From a virus: DNA of 64,000 nt. The stretch lies in the IMG/VR virus record IMGVR_UViG_3300042901_002277; one strand, given 5' to 3'. Positions 1 to 8,996 of this stretch are shown one piece after another. The position numbers and the translations under genes were made by a program. The notes under the pieces were generated by a model. The model ran no database searches and was not told the origin of the DNA. It saw nothing but the letters and a program-made list of their open reading frames with translations. Position 1 is the stretch's first letter, and the number at the start of each line of letters is the position of its first letter.

Positions 1-1
1 G

Positions 2-829
2 GAGTCCCTGGAGCAATTCAAGGAAATCTCGCGCTTGCTCTACAAGACGCAAAAGCAAATCACTCGCATGGCTTATCCGTACGAAAAAACAACAAACATT
101 GTGAGCAAGAACGCGCGACTCGGACAGTCAGTAACTGGAATCCTCCAGTGTTCAGAAGAGCAGGTTTCTTGGTTGTCACCAGCATACGAGTACTTGCAGG
201 AATTTGATAAGCAGTATTCTGCAGAGCGTGGATGGCCAGCGTCGGTTCGTTTAACAACGGTTCAGCCATCAGGAACGCTTTCGTTGCTTCCTGGAGTAAC
301 TCCTGGAATTCACCCTGCATTTGCTCCGTTCTATGTGAGACGTGTTCGCTTCGGTTCGTCTGACCCACTCGTTGAGGCATGTCGCAAGCGTGGATACAAG
401 ATTCAGTGGGACATTGGAATCGACGGCAGAGAAGACCACACTCGTTACGTTGTGGATTTCCCATGCATGTCGCCAGAGGGTTCAACGCTTGCTTCAGCAA
501 TGACTGCTGTGCAACAACTTGAATGGGTTAAGAAGATGCAAACTGAATGGGCCGATAATGCCGTTTCGGTTACCGTCTACTACCGAAAAGAAGAGCTCGG
601 AGAAATTCAAGAATGGCTCTCGAAGAACTACGACAAGAGCGTGAAGTCGGTTTCGTTCTTGCTTCACGTAGACCACAACTTCTCGTTGCCCCCATACGAA
701 GAAATCACCAAGGAGGAGTACAACAAGATGCTCGCCAAAGTTGATTTCTCCACTCCATTGCAAGATGTAACTTTTATGGGTGATTTGGACCTCGACAATT
801 GCGCAACAGGTGCTTGTCCGATAAAGTAA
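2..829 (+). CDS. nrdJ: Class II (B12-dependent) ribonucleotide reductase, C-terminal part (5' truncated by window)
   Basis: TTVQPSGTLSLL motif, WADNAVSVTVYY, C-terminal redox tail CATGACPIK; frame open from position 2. Confidence 0.9.
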   Translation, partial: ESLEQFKEISRLLYKTQKQITRMAYPYEKTTNIVSKNARLGQSVTGILQCSEEQVSWLSPAYEYLQEFDKQYSAERGWPASVRLTTVQPSGTLSLLPGVTPGIHPAFAPFYVRRVRFGSSDPLVEACRKRGYKIQWDIGIDGREDHTRYVVDFPCMSPEGSTLASAMTAVQQLEWVKKMQTEWADNAVSVTVYYRKEELGEIQEWLSKNYDKSVKSVSFLLHVDHNFSLPPYEEITKEEYNKMLAKVDFSTPLQDVTFMGDLDLDNCATGACPIK

Positions 830-836
830 TTGGCAT

Positions 837-910
837 GCGTCGGTAGCTCAATCGGATAGAGCAACAGACTTCTAATCTGTAGGCTGTAGGTTCGATTCCT
901 ACCCGACGCG
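837..910 (+). tRNA. tRNA-Arg(TCT)
   Basis: Acceptor GCGTCGG/CCGACGC, anticodon arm ACAGA-CTTCTAA-TCTGT, T-loop GGTTCGATTCC; CCA not encoded. Confidence 0.95.
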
Positions 911-934
911 CACAGTTAGTATTAGTTAGACCAC

Positions 935-1024
935 GGAATGGTGGCAGAGAGGCTTATTGCACCTGTCTTGAAAACAGGAGTCCGTTTGCGCGGACCGGGG
1001 GTTCAAATCCCTCCCATTCCTCCA
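935..1024 (+). tRNA. tRNA-Ser(TGA)
   Basis: Acceptor GGAATGG/CCATTCC, anticodon arm CCTGT-CTTGAAA-ACAGG, long variable arm, GGTTCAAATCC, encoded CCA. Confidence 0.93.
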
Positions 1025-1025
1025 C

Positions 1026-1101
1026 GCCCTTGAAGCATAATCGGCCATGCACCTCACTTGTAATGAGGAGATAGTGGGTTCAAATCCCACCAAGGGCTCC
1101 A
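1026..1101 (+). tRNA. tRNA-Thr(TGT)
   Basis: Acceptor GCCCTTG/CAAGGGC, anticodon arm CCTCA-CTTGTAA-TGAGG, GGTTCAAATCC, encoded CCA. Confidence 0.92.
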
Positions 1102-1122
1102 ATGAGGTAGAATTTAGCCCCT

Positions 1123-1923
1123 ATGGGCATAACGATTTACAGGAACCAGCGAATCGGTGAAATACCGTCAACTCCAGCCACGTCCATTATTGACGACTCT
1201 GTTACCCCGGACAGCGTGAAAGTCCTAGAGGAATACGGCTCCATTCTTGGTCATCCTGTTTCGTACGCCCAGGAGCAAAATGGAAGATTAATCCAAAATC
1301 TTGTTCCAGTTCATAAGACTGAATATCAGCAGATATCAACGTCATCGAAAGTTGAGCTGGAGATGCACACGGAGTCATCATTCCATCCGTACAGACCTTC
1401 ATACGTCCTTCTTCTTTGCTTGCGCGGCGATGATGCAGTGGCAACCACCTACGCTGATGATTTCGACATCGTTCCAAGATTAAGTCAAGAGGCAATTTCT
1501 ATACTTCAAAAAGAATGGTTTACAACTCAGATTGACCAGAGTTTTAGGTCAGATGGGCAGCCAGATATCGATGTTCGGACAGCGATACTTGAAGAAACGA
1601 ATAGGGACGCTAATCCAGGATGGAAAATAACTTATGACTCATGGTTTATGAAAGCCATTGGAGACGGAAGTGATGAATCTCGCTCCCAGGCGGAGAGGGC
1701 GCTCCAGGAGATGCGCGATGCGGTAAATTCCTCCACAAAAGAAATTATTCTAAAGACTGGTGATTTACTAGTGATAAATAATGACTGCACTGTGCATGGC
1801 AGAAAGCCGTTTCAACCACGATATGACGGAACAGATAGGTGGGTTCAAAGGATGCTTGTTGTGCGCGAAATGCCACCACCGGAGCACGTCAATGGGCACA
1901 TGATTATCACGGAGTTTAACTAA
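1123..1923 (+). CDS. TauD/clavaminate synthase-like 2OG-Fe(II) dioxygenase (CAS/AsnO/VioC type)
   Basis: LEMHTE (HxE), LLLCLR, VHGRKPF-PRYDGTDRWVQR motifs. Confidence 0.85.
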   Translation: MGITIYRNQRIGEIPSTPATSIIDDSVTPDSVKVLEEYGSILGHPVSYAQEQNGRLIQNLVPVHKTEYQQISTSSKVELEMHTESSFHPYRPSYVLLLCLRGDDAVATTYADDFDIVPRLSQEAISILQKEWFTTQIDQSFRSDGQPDIDVRTAILEETNRDANPGWKITYDSWFMKAIGDGSDESRSQAERALQEMRDAVNSSTKEIILKTGDLLVINNDCTVHGRKPFQPRYDGTDRWVQRMLVVREMPPPEHVNGHMIITEFN

Positions 1924-1925
1924 TA

Positions 1926-2222
1926 ATGGATTTTGACGTGATGTTCGAACCAAGATATGACCTTTATCAGGTCGCAATTTTTCAGTCCAGATACAGCGGA
2001 ATATACGAAGGTGGAGATTGGTTCGCGATTGCCAATTTTAAGAGTTTCGAAGAAACAGGAATTTCAGAATACGTATTCGGCGATGACTGCGATGCTGTGG
2101 ATTTTTGGATGTCTGAAAAATCAGAAATGATTGGAGTTGGTAGTACTCCAGACGCTGCAGTCAAAAACCTCTACGAAAGATATACGACTAAGGGTGGACC
2201 TACTCAAACATCTTCGGATTAA
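1926..2222 (+). CDS. Hypothetical protein
   Basis: 98-aa ORF starting 2 nt after the upstream stop. Confidence 0.7.
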   Translation: MDFDVMFEPRYDLYQVAIFQSRYSGIYEGGDWFAIANFKSFEETGISEYVFGDDCDAVDFWMSEKSEMIGVGSTPDAAVKNLYERYTTKGGPTQTSSD

Positions 2223-2346
2223 TAAAGGTCATTTTGTCCCACATCCTCTTCAACATAGGAATCGAAGCTGCGGAGACAAATAGTGCAATAGCAATAGCGG
2301 TTATCAATGGGTTGTTTTTCCCAATTTTTAGCTTATTTACATTCAT
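2200..2346 (-). CDS. Small membrane protein (48 aa, not in ORF track)
   Basis: MNVNKLKIGKNNPLITAIAIALFVSAASIPMLKRMW...; one hydrophobic helix. Confidence 0.4.
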   Translation of the reverse strand: MNVNKLKIGKNNPLITAIAIALFVSAASIPMLKRMWDKMTFINPKMFE

Positions 2347-2412
2347 GATTGGTCCCATCTATTTTAGAGATACTATCCACAGGTTCATCTTATAATAAGA
2401 TTGCACGCCATA

Positions 2413-2568
2413 ATGTACGTTATGTTCTTCATAGTTTTAATCTTAGCAACAGCAGCAGTTTTATCAGCGCACAGATTCGTCATGAGCTCAGTGGAGTCCT
2501 ACGATGGTTATGGGACGGGCACTTTTCGTGAGTGGCAGCAATTCGAGAGGGAAAAGCTCAACTTCTAA
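2413..2568 (+). CDS. Small membrane protein (51 aa, not in ORF track)
   Basis: MYVMFFIVLILATAAVLSAHRF...; N-terminal hydrophobic helix; TATAAT at 2391. Confidence 0.45.
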   Translation: MYVMFFIVLILATAAVLSAHRFVMSSVESYDGYGTGTFREWQQFEREKLNF

Positions 2569-2569
2569 G

Positions 2570-3178
2570 CTATTTAACGTATATCCCGATACGTTCTAAT
2601 TCTGTTCCTTCGTCACTGATAAATCTGTAGCCTTCTGGCTTCGGGTCTGGCTCATCTTTCCATGCCGGTATCATCGACGTGTTTCCGTGAGAAAAATCTG
2701 GATTTTCTCTCAGGTGGATTTCAATGAGTTTCCCGCCTATGAATTCGCAGTTGATTGTTCTGTACTGAAGTGGGATTAATCCTATGAACTGGGGAAGAGG
2801 ATGCCACTTATCTGTTTTTTCCCATTTGGTGAATCTTTGATAGGGGCGCTCTGGGTGCTTTGTCCCGACTGTTTTGAGGATTGGCTGATACCCCTTGTAG
2901 TCGATGCTTAGGTGTTCGCCTTCGAAGACCTCACACCAGAACTCGCCTGGATGAAGAAGTTCTGTAGTTTTTTCTTCTATGTATATTTTTCTTGCCTTTT
3001 CGCCCATCCCCTCGATGTTCATTACGGGCTTAACAAAGTACTCACCTGGTTCCGGAACTGGAGTTCCTCGTGGACCACACTTGTGTCCAGAAAGCCTAGA
3101 AACAATTAGCTTGTCGAATATCCATAGGTGTTTTGGGTCGCAGTTAAGCCAGGCTTTGGCTTCTAGTGATTGTTCCAC
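2570..3178 (-). CDS. Phage protein, possible ATP-grasp fold
   Basis: VKPVMN-GMG, CEVFEGEHLSID, NCEFIGGKLIEIHLR resemble ATP-grasp motifs. Confidence 0.5.
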   Translation of the reverse strand: MEQSLEAKAWLNCDPKHLWIFDKLIVSRLSGHKCGPRGTPVPEPGEYFVKPVMNIEGMGEKARKIYIEEKTTELLHPGEFWCEVFEGEHLSIDYKGYQPILKTVGTKHPERPYQRFTKWEKTDKWHPLPQFIGLIPLQYRTINCEFIGGKLIEIHLRENPDFSHGNTSMIPAWKDEPDPKPEGYRFISDEGTELERIGIYVK

Positions 3179-3180
3179 AT

Positions 3181-3426
3181 TTACGGCTCAATGAAGATGC
3201 ACTCACCAGGGCATTCTTCGGCGGCTTCAATGACGTCAGGAAGTCTTTCGTCTGCGAAAGATGCCATTCCCTCTGCTCCCTCTGGGTTCCCCACAGCGGC
3301 CGCATAAATCTTGTCCCCTTCTTTTACATACGCAAGACCGTCTGGCATCATGTGAAAAACATCTGGGGCTATCTCTGCGCATAGTCCATCTCCAGTACAT
3401 AAGTCTTGGTCAATCCATACTCTCAT
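3181..3426 (-). CDS. Single-cluster ferredoxin (actinobacterial type, 3Fe-4S/4Fe-4S)
   Basis: IDQDLCTGDGLCAEIAP ... AAEECPGECI (CxxDxxC...CP). Confidence 0.92.
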   Translation of the reverse strand: MRVWIDQDLCTGDGLCAEIAPDVFHMMPDGLAYVKEGDKIYAAAVGNPEGAEGMASFADERLPDVIEAAEECPGECIFIEP

Positions 3427-3821
3427 TACTTAAATTCAGTCCAAGTTTTATCGCCAACGCCAAAATACTCTCTAGCGTAACCAGATTGAATAATATCCCT
3501 GTTAAGGCAGGCTGTTGTTGGGTCGTCTATTTTGTCTGAGCTATAAATTCTTGCAAGAACACGTCCGTACTTGTCATTCTTGTCTGGAATCGTGTTAACA
3601 AAAACCCACTTATGATTTGTTAGCCAATCTTTGGTAAATGACTTAGCCTTTAACCCCAATGCTTTTTCTGCAAGGTCTTTCGTTCTTGATTCAGGAGTAT
3701 TGACTCCATACAAGCGAACACGAATCTTGTGATGCACACTAAACCCCAAGTCGACCATCAGGTCCACGGTGTCGCCGTCTACAACATTAAGGACCGTAGC
3801 ACCATACCAAAATCGCTCCAT
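3426..3821 (-). CDS. Thermonuclease (SNase) family protein
   Basis: VVDGDTV, RVRLYGVNTPE, DKYGRVLA. Confidence 0.9.
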   Translation of the reverse strand: MERFWYGATVLNVVDGDTVDLMVDLGFSVHHKIRVRLYGVNTPESRTKDLAEKALGLKAKSFTKDWLTNHKWVFVNTIPDKNDKYGRVLARIYSSDKIDDPTTACLNRDIIQSGYAREYFGVGDKTWTEFK

Positions 3822-5356
3822 CAGAAGTCTCTTATATTGCGATTTTTGCCTGAAGTCCGTTTTGGTGCTGGTGGTCCAGCTTGCGGCAACGGCTTAAATA
3901 TAGCGTCTGCTGCTTGACCTTTACGCGGTAGTTCGATTGGTTTCACTCTTGGTCCGCCACCAGGGCTTTGTGGTCCCTTGTCAATACTGTCTGGGCGTCT
4001 ACGGTCTTCTGCGCTCGTGGGGCGACGTGAATCAGTTTGACCTCTTCTTGTCGCTGCATCTGTTGCGCCAACGCCACGATTTGCTCTTGACCTATCGGCT
4101 GAATCAGGTCTCCTGTTGGGTGCTGAACGGTCTGTTCTGTCAGCGCCTCGTCTATCGTCAGCACTTGTTGGTCTACGTGAATCAGTTTGTCCACGACGAG
4201 TTGCGGCATCTGATGCCTGTGGGGTTCCACGATTTGCTTGAACACGCTCTGCCGAGTCGATACGACGAGCTGGTGGAGAATTATCAACTCTGTCTGCTGG
4301 CTTTCTGTCTGCAGCAGATGAGCGCTGTGCCTGACCGGTAAGTCTGTCGCTTTGCGCTTGGTTTCTTCTATCTCTCGCTGCATCAGTATTTGCTCTGCCG
4401 ATTTGAGCTTGTGCCTCAGCTCCGGAACGAACAGTTTGCTTATCGAAAGCAGCGCGTGCTCGAGCTCTAGCATCTCTTTCTTTCTTTGAACGGTTTGCTA
4501 CATCCCTGTTTGGCTTGATGCCCTGAGAGGCCAGTTGTCCACGTACGAACTTTCTACGACGCTTCTCGTAATCAGAATTGCTTTGTCGCTTGTACGGAAC
4601 TCGCTGTTCATCTGGCGTACCATCAAAAATCATTCCGTCGCCGTCACTGTCAACTGCGTCTAGCGAACCTTGTGCTGTTGCGCCAATTGTCCCACCGCGC
4701 TGCTGACCGATGGTCTGTCCTTGAAGTTGCTTTTCTTCTACTGATTCAGAACCATCTTTTTTCTTTGTATTCTGGTATCTCTCAAGAAGTCTCTTGCCCT
4801 TAGCGGCAAGCTTCGCTGCATCTTCTGCATTCTTTGGAACTCTTTCGCCCCACGCCGCAGCAGAAAGCGCTAAACGTGTTGCTCTACCTTTTTCATCAAC
4901 CATTGGGCCTGATGGATTCGTAAAAAATCTTGTAAGAAATGAACCTTTGCGACGCATCTTTTCCGGGGTGTCAGCAGCGCCCTTTACTCCTGGCTTTAGG
5001 TTTGAGCCTTCTGTTCTGTTGAAGTGCGCTCTTCCAGCTGCTGTCAAACCACCCTTTGGGTCTTTTAGTTTTTGCTTTGCTGATTTCTCATCTACCGGAA
5101 CGCAGTTTGGAACCATCTTTCCGGCCTTGCTTCTCTTCATCCCGATTTGCTTATAACCGTCCCAGCACGGACTGTCTGATGCTTTTGTTTCGTTGTCCTC
5201 GAAAGAGTCAAAATCATCCGAGTAATTATCAAACACTTTTGACGAGAAGTACTCGTCATATATAGGCATTAATTCTTCGTCATCTACTTCTGATACCACT
5301 TCAACCTTGAGATTGAGCAATTCTTCGAAAAGTTGGTCGTCATCTATTTCGTTCAT
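3821..5356 (-). CDS. Putative head-associated protein: acidic N-terminus, PCWDGY...VPNCVP motif, DUF6321-like segment, Arg-rich repetitive C-terminus
   Basis: Start moved to ATG 5356 (GGAG upstream); KDPKGGLTAAGR...RRKGSFLTR; shares short motifs with other head-module proteins. Confidence 0.6.
   Translation of the reverse strand: MNEIDDDQLFEELLNLKVEVVSEVDDEELMPIYDEYFSSKVFDNYSDDFDSFEDNETKASDSPCWDGYKQIGMKRSKAGKMVPNCVPVDEKSAKQKLKDPKGGLTAAGRAHFNRTEGSNLKPGVKGAADTPEKMRRKGSFLTRFFTNPSGPMVDEKGRATRLALSAAAWGERVPKNAEDAAKLAAKGKRLLERYQNTKKKDGSESVEEKQLQGQTIGQQRGGTIGATAQGSLDAVDSDGDGMIFDGTPDEQRVPYKRQSNSDYEKRRRKFVRGQLASQGIKPNRDVANRSKKERDARARARAAFDKQTVRSGAEAQAQIGRANTDAARDRRNQAQSDRLTGQAQRSSAADRKPADRVDNSPPARRIDSAERVQANRGTPQASDAATRRGQTDSRRPTSADDRRGADRTDRSAPNRRPDSADRSRANRGVGATDAATRRGQTDSRRPTSAEDRRRPDSIDKGPQSPGGGPRVKPIELPRKGQAADAIFKPLPQAGPPAPKRTSGKNRNIRDF
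4010..4210 (-). repeat. Coding direct repeat, 150-nt (50-aa) period
   Basis: DAATRRGQTDSRRPTSA occurs twice, 150 nt apart, with synonymous differences. Confidence 0.85.
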
Positions 5357-5407
5357 TTCACAATTCTCCCATATTTTTATTGGTTTGAAGGACAATAAAT
5401 GATAACA

Positions 5408-5941
5408 CTAGCCAGCGTCAACAATCATGTGAATCCTATGAGTGGAGCCGCCATTGTCAACCTTGTGGACTCTGTTTGTGTTATCTATCACCCAAATCTC
5501 CCCTGGTTTTAAATTCTTGGAAATGCCACCAACCGTAAAAGAACATAGACCGTTTGTAACAATTGGTATGTGTATTCTGTGGGTGTTTCGGTGCACCACC
5601 CCCTGGTCTTTGTGTGGTTTGATAATCCCACCAGGGTTCATCCTTGTCAACATTGAGGACTTTTCCGACACTTGACCGATGTGTTCTCTGGCGATTTCGC
5701 AGACTTTCATTATATCCGAACTGAATTGTTCGTAATGTTTGTGTTTTTCTGGACTTGAGTCATTTGACTTCGGAGAATACTTCAACGGGATTGTCTCGGT
5801 GTGGTAGCTGGCTTGCCCCATTGTGTTTTTTCTACCCTCATATTCACTCCAATCTAGGTCATTGAAGGATAAAACCTTATTCAATAGGTTTTGAAAGTCG
5901 GGGAAAACTCCAATATACCTAAATGCTTCATTTTCTTTCAT
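5408..5941 (-). CDS. Aspartyl/asparaginyl beta-hydroxylase family 2OG-Fe(II) oxygenase
   Basis: IKPHKD, HRIHIPI, W-IDNTNRVHKVDNGGSTHRIHMIVD. Confidence 0.85.
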   Translation of the reverse strand: MKENEAFRYIGVFPDFQNLLNKVLSFNDLDWSEYEGRKNTMGQASYHTETIPLKYSPKSNDSSPEKHKHYEQFSSDIMKVCEIAREHIGQVSEKSSMLTRMNPGGIIKPHKDQGVVHRNTHRIHIPIVTNGLCSFTVGGISKNLKPGEIWVIDNTNRVHKVDNGGSTHRIHMIVDAG

Positions 5942-5954
5942 GAAATCATCCTGT

Positions 5955-5995
5955 ATAAAAAAAGAAACCCCCGGTTTTTAGGCCGGGGGTTTCTT
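5955..5995 (-). terminator. Intrinsic terminator after major capsid gene
   Basis: 13-bp stem AAGAAACCCCCGG/CCGGGGGTTTCTT followed by a T-tract on the minus strand. Confidence 0.9.
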
Positions 5996-6015
5996 GACTT
6001 ACTTTTTGACTTTGA

Positions 6016-7392
6016 TTATGCGCCTGGTGCAGCGTCAAAATCAATCGAAACGAACGCTTCTGGACGCTTAACAGCGAGAGCAAGTCTCTGTTCTGCAAGA
6101 ATCACGATTGCGTTGCGCACGAAGAAGTCTGAGTGCTGTTCCGAAATTCGGATTGAAGCCTGCTCGCGGTCGTACAGCTGTGCAGCAGTACCGAAGGCAC
6201 CGACGAGGCCGGTTCCTTCTGTCATTGCTGGAGTGTCGATAACTGGCATTCTCCAAACGCGTGGCTCGCCACCCATTGCAACCGAAACTGCGATGAGGTA
6301 TTGACCCTGCTCGTCCTTCGTCAACTCGATGTCTTCCCAGTCGTTCGGGTGCAATACAACGCCCGATGGCTCGTAGTAAGCCAAGAACGAGAGTGTTGCA
6401 GCGCGACGAATTGCATCAGCCTTGGTGTCTGCTACTGGAGCAGTTGCACCGTCTGACCATGCGTATGTCTGGATGTTTGGTGTGTTCAAAACGCCCAAGA
6501 GGTTCTCGCCAGCGCCATCGCCGTTAAGAATTTGGTTGTCTTCCAACAAACGAAGGCCGTACATCAATTCGTTGTCGATGATTGAACGCAGCTGTGGCTC
6601 ATCGGCAAGGACGTTGCGGTGTGCAGCTTCCCAGTGTGCCAATGTGCGAACAGGAGCCTGCTCACCAACGAATGAGAATGATGACTGTGGCTTCAACGCA
6701 AATGCGCTGTTTCCACCGTTACGCTCTGCAATTGTTGATGCTGAGTTAACACCAGCAGCGTAGCCGTAACCCTCCTGGATAGGAGTGGTGAAGCCGAGCT
6801 GACGGAAGTACTCAATAACAGCAGCAGTTGTTGTGCGAACTGGGAACAAGTCACGAACACGCTTGGTGCGCATTGGCTGTGTAATCATCGCATCGCGCTG
6901 TACTGAACCAAACGAGCCAAGACGGCTGTTTGCTACGTCAGTTCCAGGGATTGCTGAGTAAACATCCTTTACGTTGTATGAACCAGATGTGAATGAAGCC
7001 TTTACCTGCCATGGTGCAACCATGTTTGCGCCGTTGCGGCCGTTTGCGAGGGTCTTGAATTCTGCTGAGTCCAAGAACATTTCGCCGATTGACTTGATTT
7101 CACGGCTTGAAAGCTGTGCAACTTCTGCACTTGCTGCAGCGAATGAACCTGCAACACTCTCAGCTGGCTGTGAAGCCCAAGAATCAACGCTGTTCATCGT
7201 CTGCATACCGTCGATGAGGCTCTTGATTTCCTTGATGTCTGACATGTTCTTGTCGAACGCTGTCTTCTGCTCAGGGGTGACGACAACTGTGCCGTCTTCT
7301 ACACGGAATGAATCCGCAATGGCCTTATTATCGGCCATCTTTCCACGAAGTGCACCTTGCAGTTCGTTTAATCTTGAATTGTCTTGCGACAT
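6016..7392 (-). CDS. Major capsid protein, HK97 family, with N-terminal delta (scaffold) region
   Basis: VRDLFP, KPQS, VRTLAHW, EDNQILNGDG-GENLLG, HPNDW, FVRNAIVILAEQRLAL-V-RPEAF; RBS AGGAG. Confidence 0.95.
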   Translation of the reverse strand: MSQDNSRLNELQGALRGKMADNKAIADSFRVEDGTVVVTPEQKTAFDKNMSDIKEIKSLIDGMQTMNSVDSWASQPAESVAGSFAAASAEVAQLSSREIKSIGEMFLDSAEFKTLANGRNGANMVAPWQVKASFTSGSYNVKDVYSAIPGTDVANSRLGSFGSVQRDAMITQPMRTKRVRDLFPVRTTTAAVIEYFRQLGFTTPIQEGYGYAAGVNSASTIAERNGGNSAFALKPQSSFSFVGEQAPVRTLAHWEAAHRNVLADEPQLRSIIDNELMYGLRLLEDNQILNGDGAGENLLGVLNTPNIQTYAWSDGATAPVADTKADAIRRAATLSFLAYYEPSGVVLHPNDWEDIELTKDEQGQYLIAVSVAMGGEPRVWRMPVIDTPAMTEGTGLVGAFGTAAQLYDREQASIRISEQHSDFFVRNAIVILAEQRLALAVKRPEAFVSIDFDAAPGA

Positions 7393-7470
7393 GTTTTGCT
7401 CCTATTGGAATTGTTTGAGGGTTGGATTATTTACTTCGTGGCTTAGGTAAGCACCCAGCCCTAGTTATAT

Positions 7471-7504
7471 AAAGTAACAGAGATTTACACCTTTTAGTGG
7501 AACT
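7471..7504 (-). promoter_or_regulatory. Putative capsid-gene promoter
   Basis: AGTTCCACTA-18 nt-TACTTT with TG extension; same layout as at 44171 and 46230. Confidence 0.5.
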
Positions 7505-7540
7505 ACTTTATTTGCAAATAAAAGTGTGTAAATGATTAAT

Positions 7541-8260
7541 TTAATCTTCTGTCAGTTCTTCTTGGATTGATTTTTTTCTTTTTAGTTTTCCTAGCTCTTC
7601 TCGTAAAACTGTTCTGATTACATTTCTTTCTTGCGCAGCTCTTCCTCTTCGTCCAAGCGAAGTTGTGCCAGCTAAACGGGCGTAATCACTCATGTTTGTG
7701 CACGGCATCCAAACTGCCCTGCCAGTTTTGGATATTCTTCTGCTTATCCCAATACACCCCATTTGACGCGAACGAGCACGAGCTGATTCCGGGTCAGTAA
7801 AAACATCTGGGTCATTGTCTCTAACGTATTGAGGACCAGTCATTGCCGCTTTTGCCATGCTCGCGCCAAACATGTTCATTGTTGGGCCGCCAGAAACGGT
7901 AGAACCACTTGATACGGATGAGCCAATAGCTTGAGGTGGCGCGAACTGGTTTGGACCAGAAGTTATGCCAGGACCAGAGCCGTTTATCCCCTGTATTGGT
8001 CTTTCTTGAAGTTTTTCCCAGCCGTTTCTTTTTTTCTTACGCTTCTTGCGACCGACTTCTTCTCTTTCAAGACGCCCTTCGACCGATGACTTCTCTTTCC
8101 ATTTAGAAGTTTCTGCTCTGTTGGAAATTCGCTCTAAAGAATCCATTGAAGCACAAGGCATCCAATTCCCGTCTTCGTCTTTATGTGCCCCTCTGCATCC
8201 AATCATTTCTGCAACACGAAGCGCTTCCATCTTTTTGACTAATTCTTTTTGCTTAGCCAT
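7541..8260 (-). CDS. Head-module protein with two GC-G...WMPC (DUF3721-like) motifs
   Basis: AEMIGCRGAH...WMPC and RQMGCIG...WMPC. Confidence 0.65.
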   Translation of the reverse strand: MAKQKELVKKMEALRVAEMIGCRGAHKDEDGNWMPCASMDSLERISNRAETSKWKEKSSVEGRLEREEVGRKKRKKKRNGWEKLQERPIQGINGSGPGITSGPNQFAPPQAIGSSVSSGSTVSGGPTMNMFGASMAKAAMTGPQYVRDNDPDVFTDPESARARSRQMGCIGISRRISKTGRAVWMPCTNMSDYARLAGTTSLGRRGRAAQERNVIRTVLREELGKLKRKKSIQEELTED

Positions 8261-8261
8261 T

Positions 8262-8996
8262 CTAGAATCGCTTCAGTCTTTGCTCTATGGCCTTGCTTAT
8301 TCTTGTGCCATGGCTTAATTCTTGATTTTCAGATAGTGATTTAACTCTTCTTAACGAGCGGTTGCTTGTACAGCCAATTTCTGACTTCTCGTCAATAAAC
8401 CGAGATATCTTTCTCGACATGCCAAATCCTGCTGATTCTTGAATTTTCATAGATTCAAAAGATTGCTTGTATTCTGAGCGTTGGTCGATAAATTTTCCAG
8501 ATTTAGTATCGATTGAGACTTTTTTGCTTTTCGCCTCTTTTATTAAAGAAATCTTTTTAATCTTATTTTTGAAAGATTTTGCTCTGTAATCGAACTTTGA
8601 GAACTCTGATGAAGTTTTATCCACTTTTTCTAATTTAGTCTCAATTTCTGAATTCTTGTTAATTATGGTTCTGCCAACAAAAACGGTTTTTGAAGCAAAA
8701 GTCTTCTTAATCACCTTTTCGGCGAATTCATTCAATTCTATTTTCTTTGACAATGTTTTATCAATAATCGATTTTGCCGCATTATCGCTAATAGACCTGA
8801 ATGCAGTTGATTCAGTCCATTCTGGAGCTTTTATGTCAGCTTCTGAAGCAAATGTCTTTTGTGCGTGCTCGGCCCAATCTGAACCCATTTCATGGAATCC
8901 GTAGAAAGACAAAGAATCATCACTTTTCACAACTAGCGCAAATGGAGTATCTCTGACCACATCTTTAATTACGAGTATTTCAGGCATCTGTTCCAC
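8262..8996 (-). CDS. Hypothetical Lys-rich protein
   Basis: 244-aa ORF tightly packed in the head operon. Confidence 0.7.
   Translation of the reverse strand: MEQMPEILVIKDVVRDTPFALVVKSDDSLSFYGFHEMGSDWAEHAQKTFASEADIKAPEWTESTAFRSISDNAAKSIIDKTLSKKIELNEFAEKVIKKTFASKTVFVGRTIINKNSEIETKLEKVDKTSSEFSKFDYRAKSFKNKIKKISLIKEAKSKKVSIDTKSGKFIDQRSEYKQSFESMKIQESAGFGMSRKISRFIDEKSEIGCTSNRSLRRVKSLSENQELSHGTRISKAIEQRLKRF

Noticed and set aside
3943-4473. 176-aa overlapping minus-strand ORF
   Set aside because: Alternative frame of the repetitive Arg-rich tail of the 3821-5356 gene; no independent start signals.
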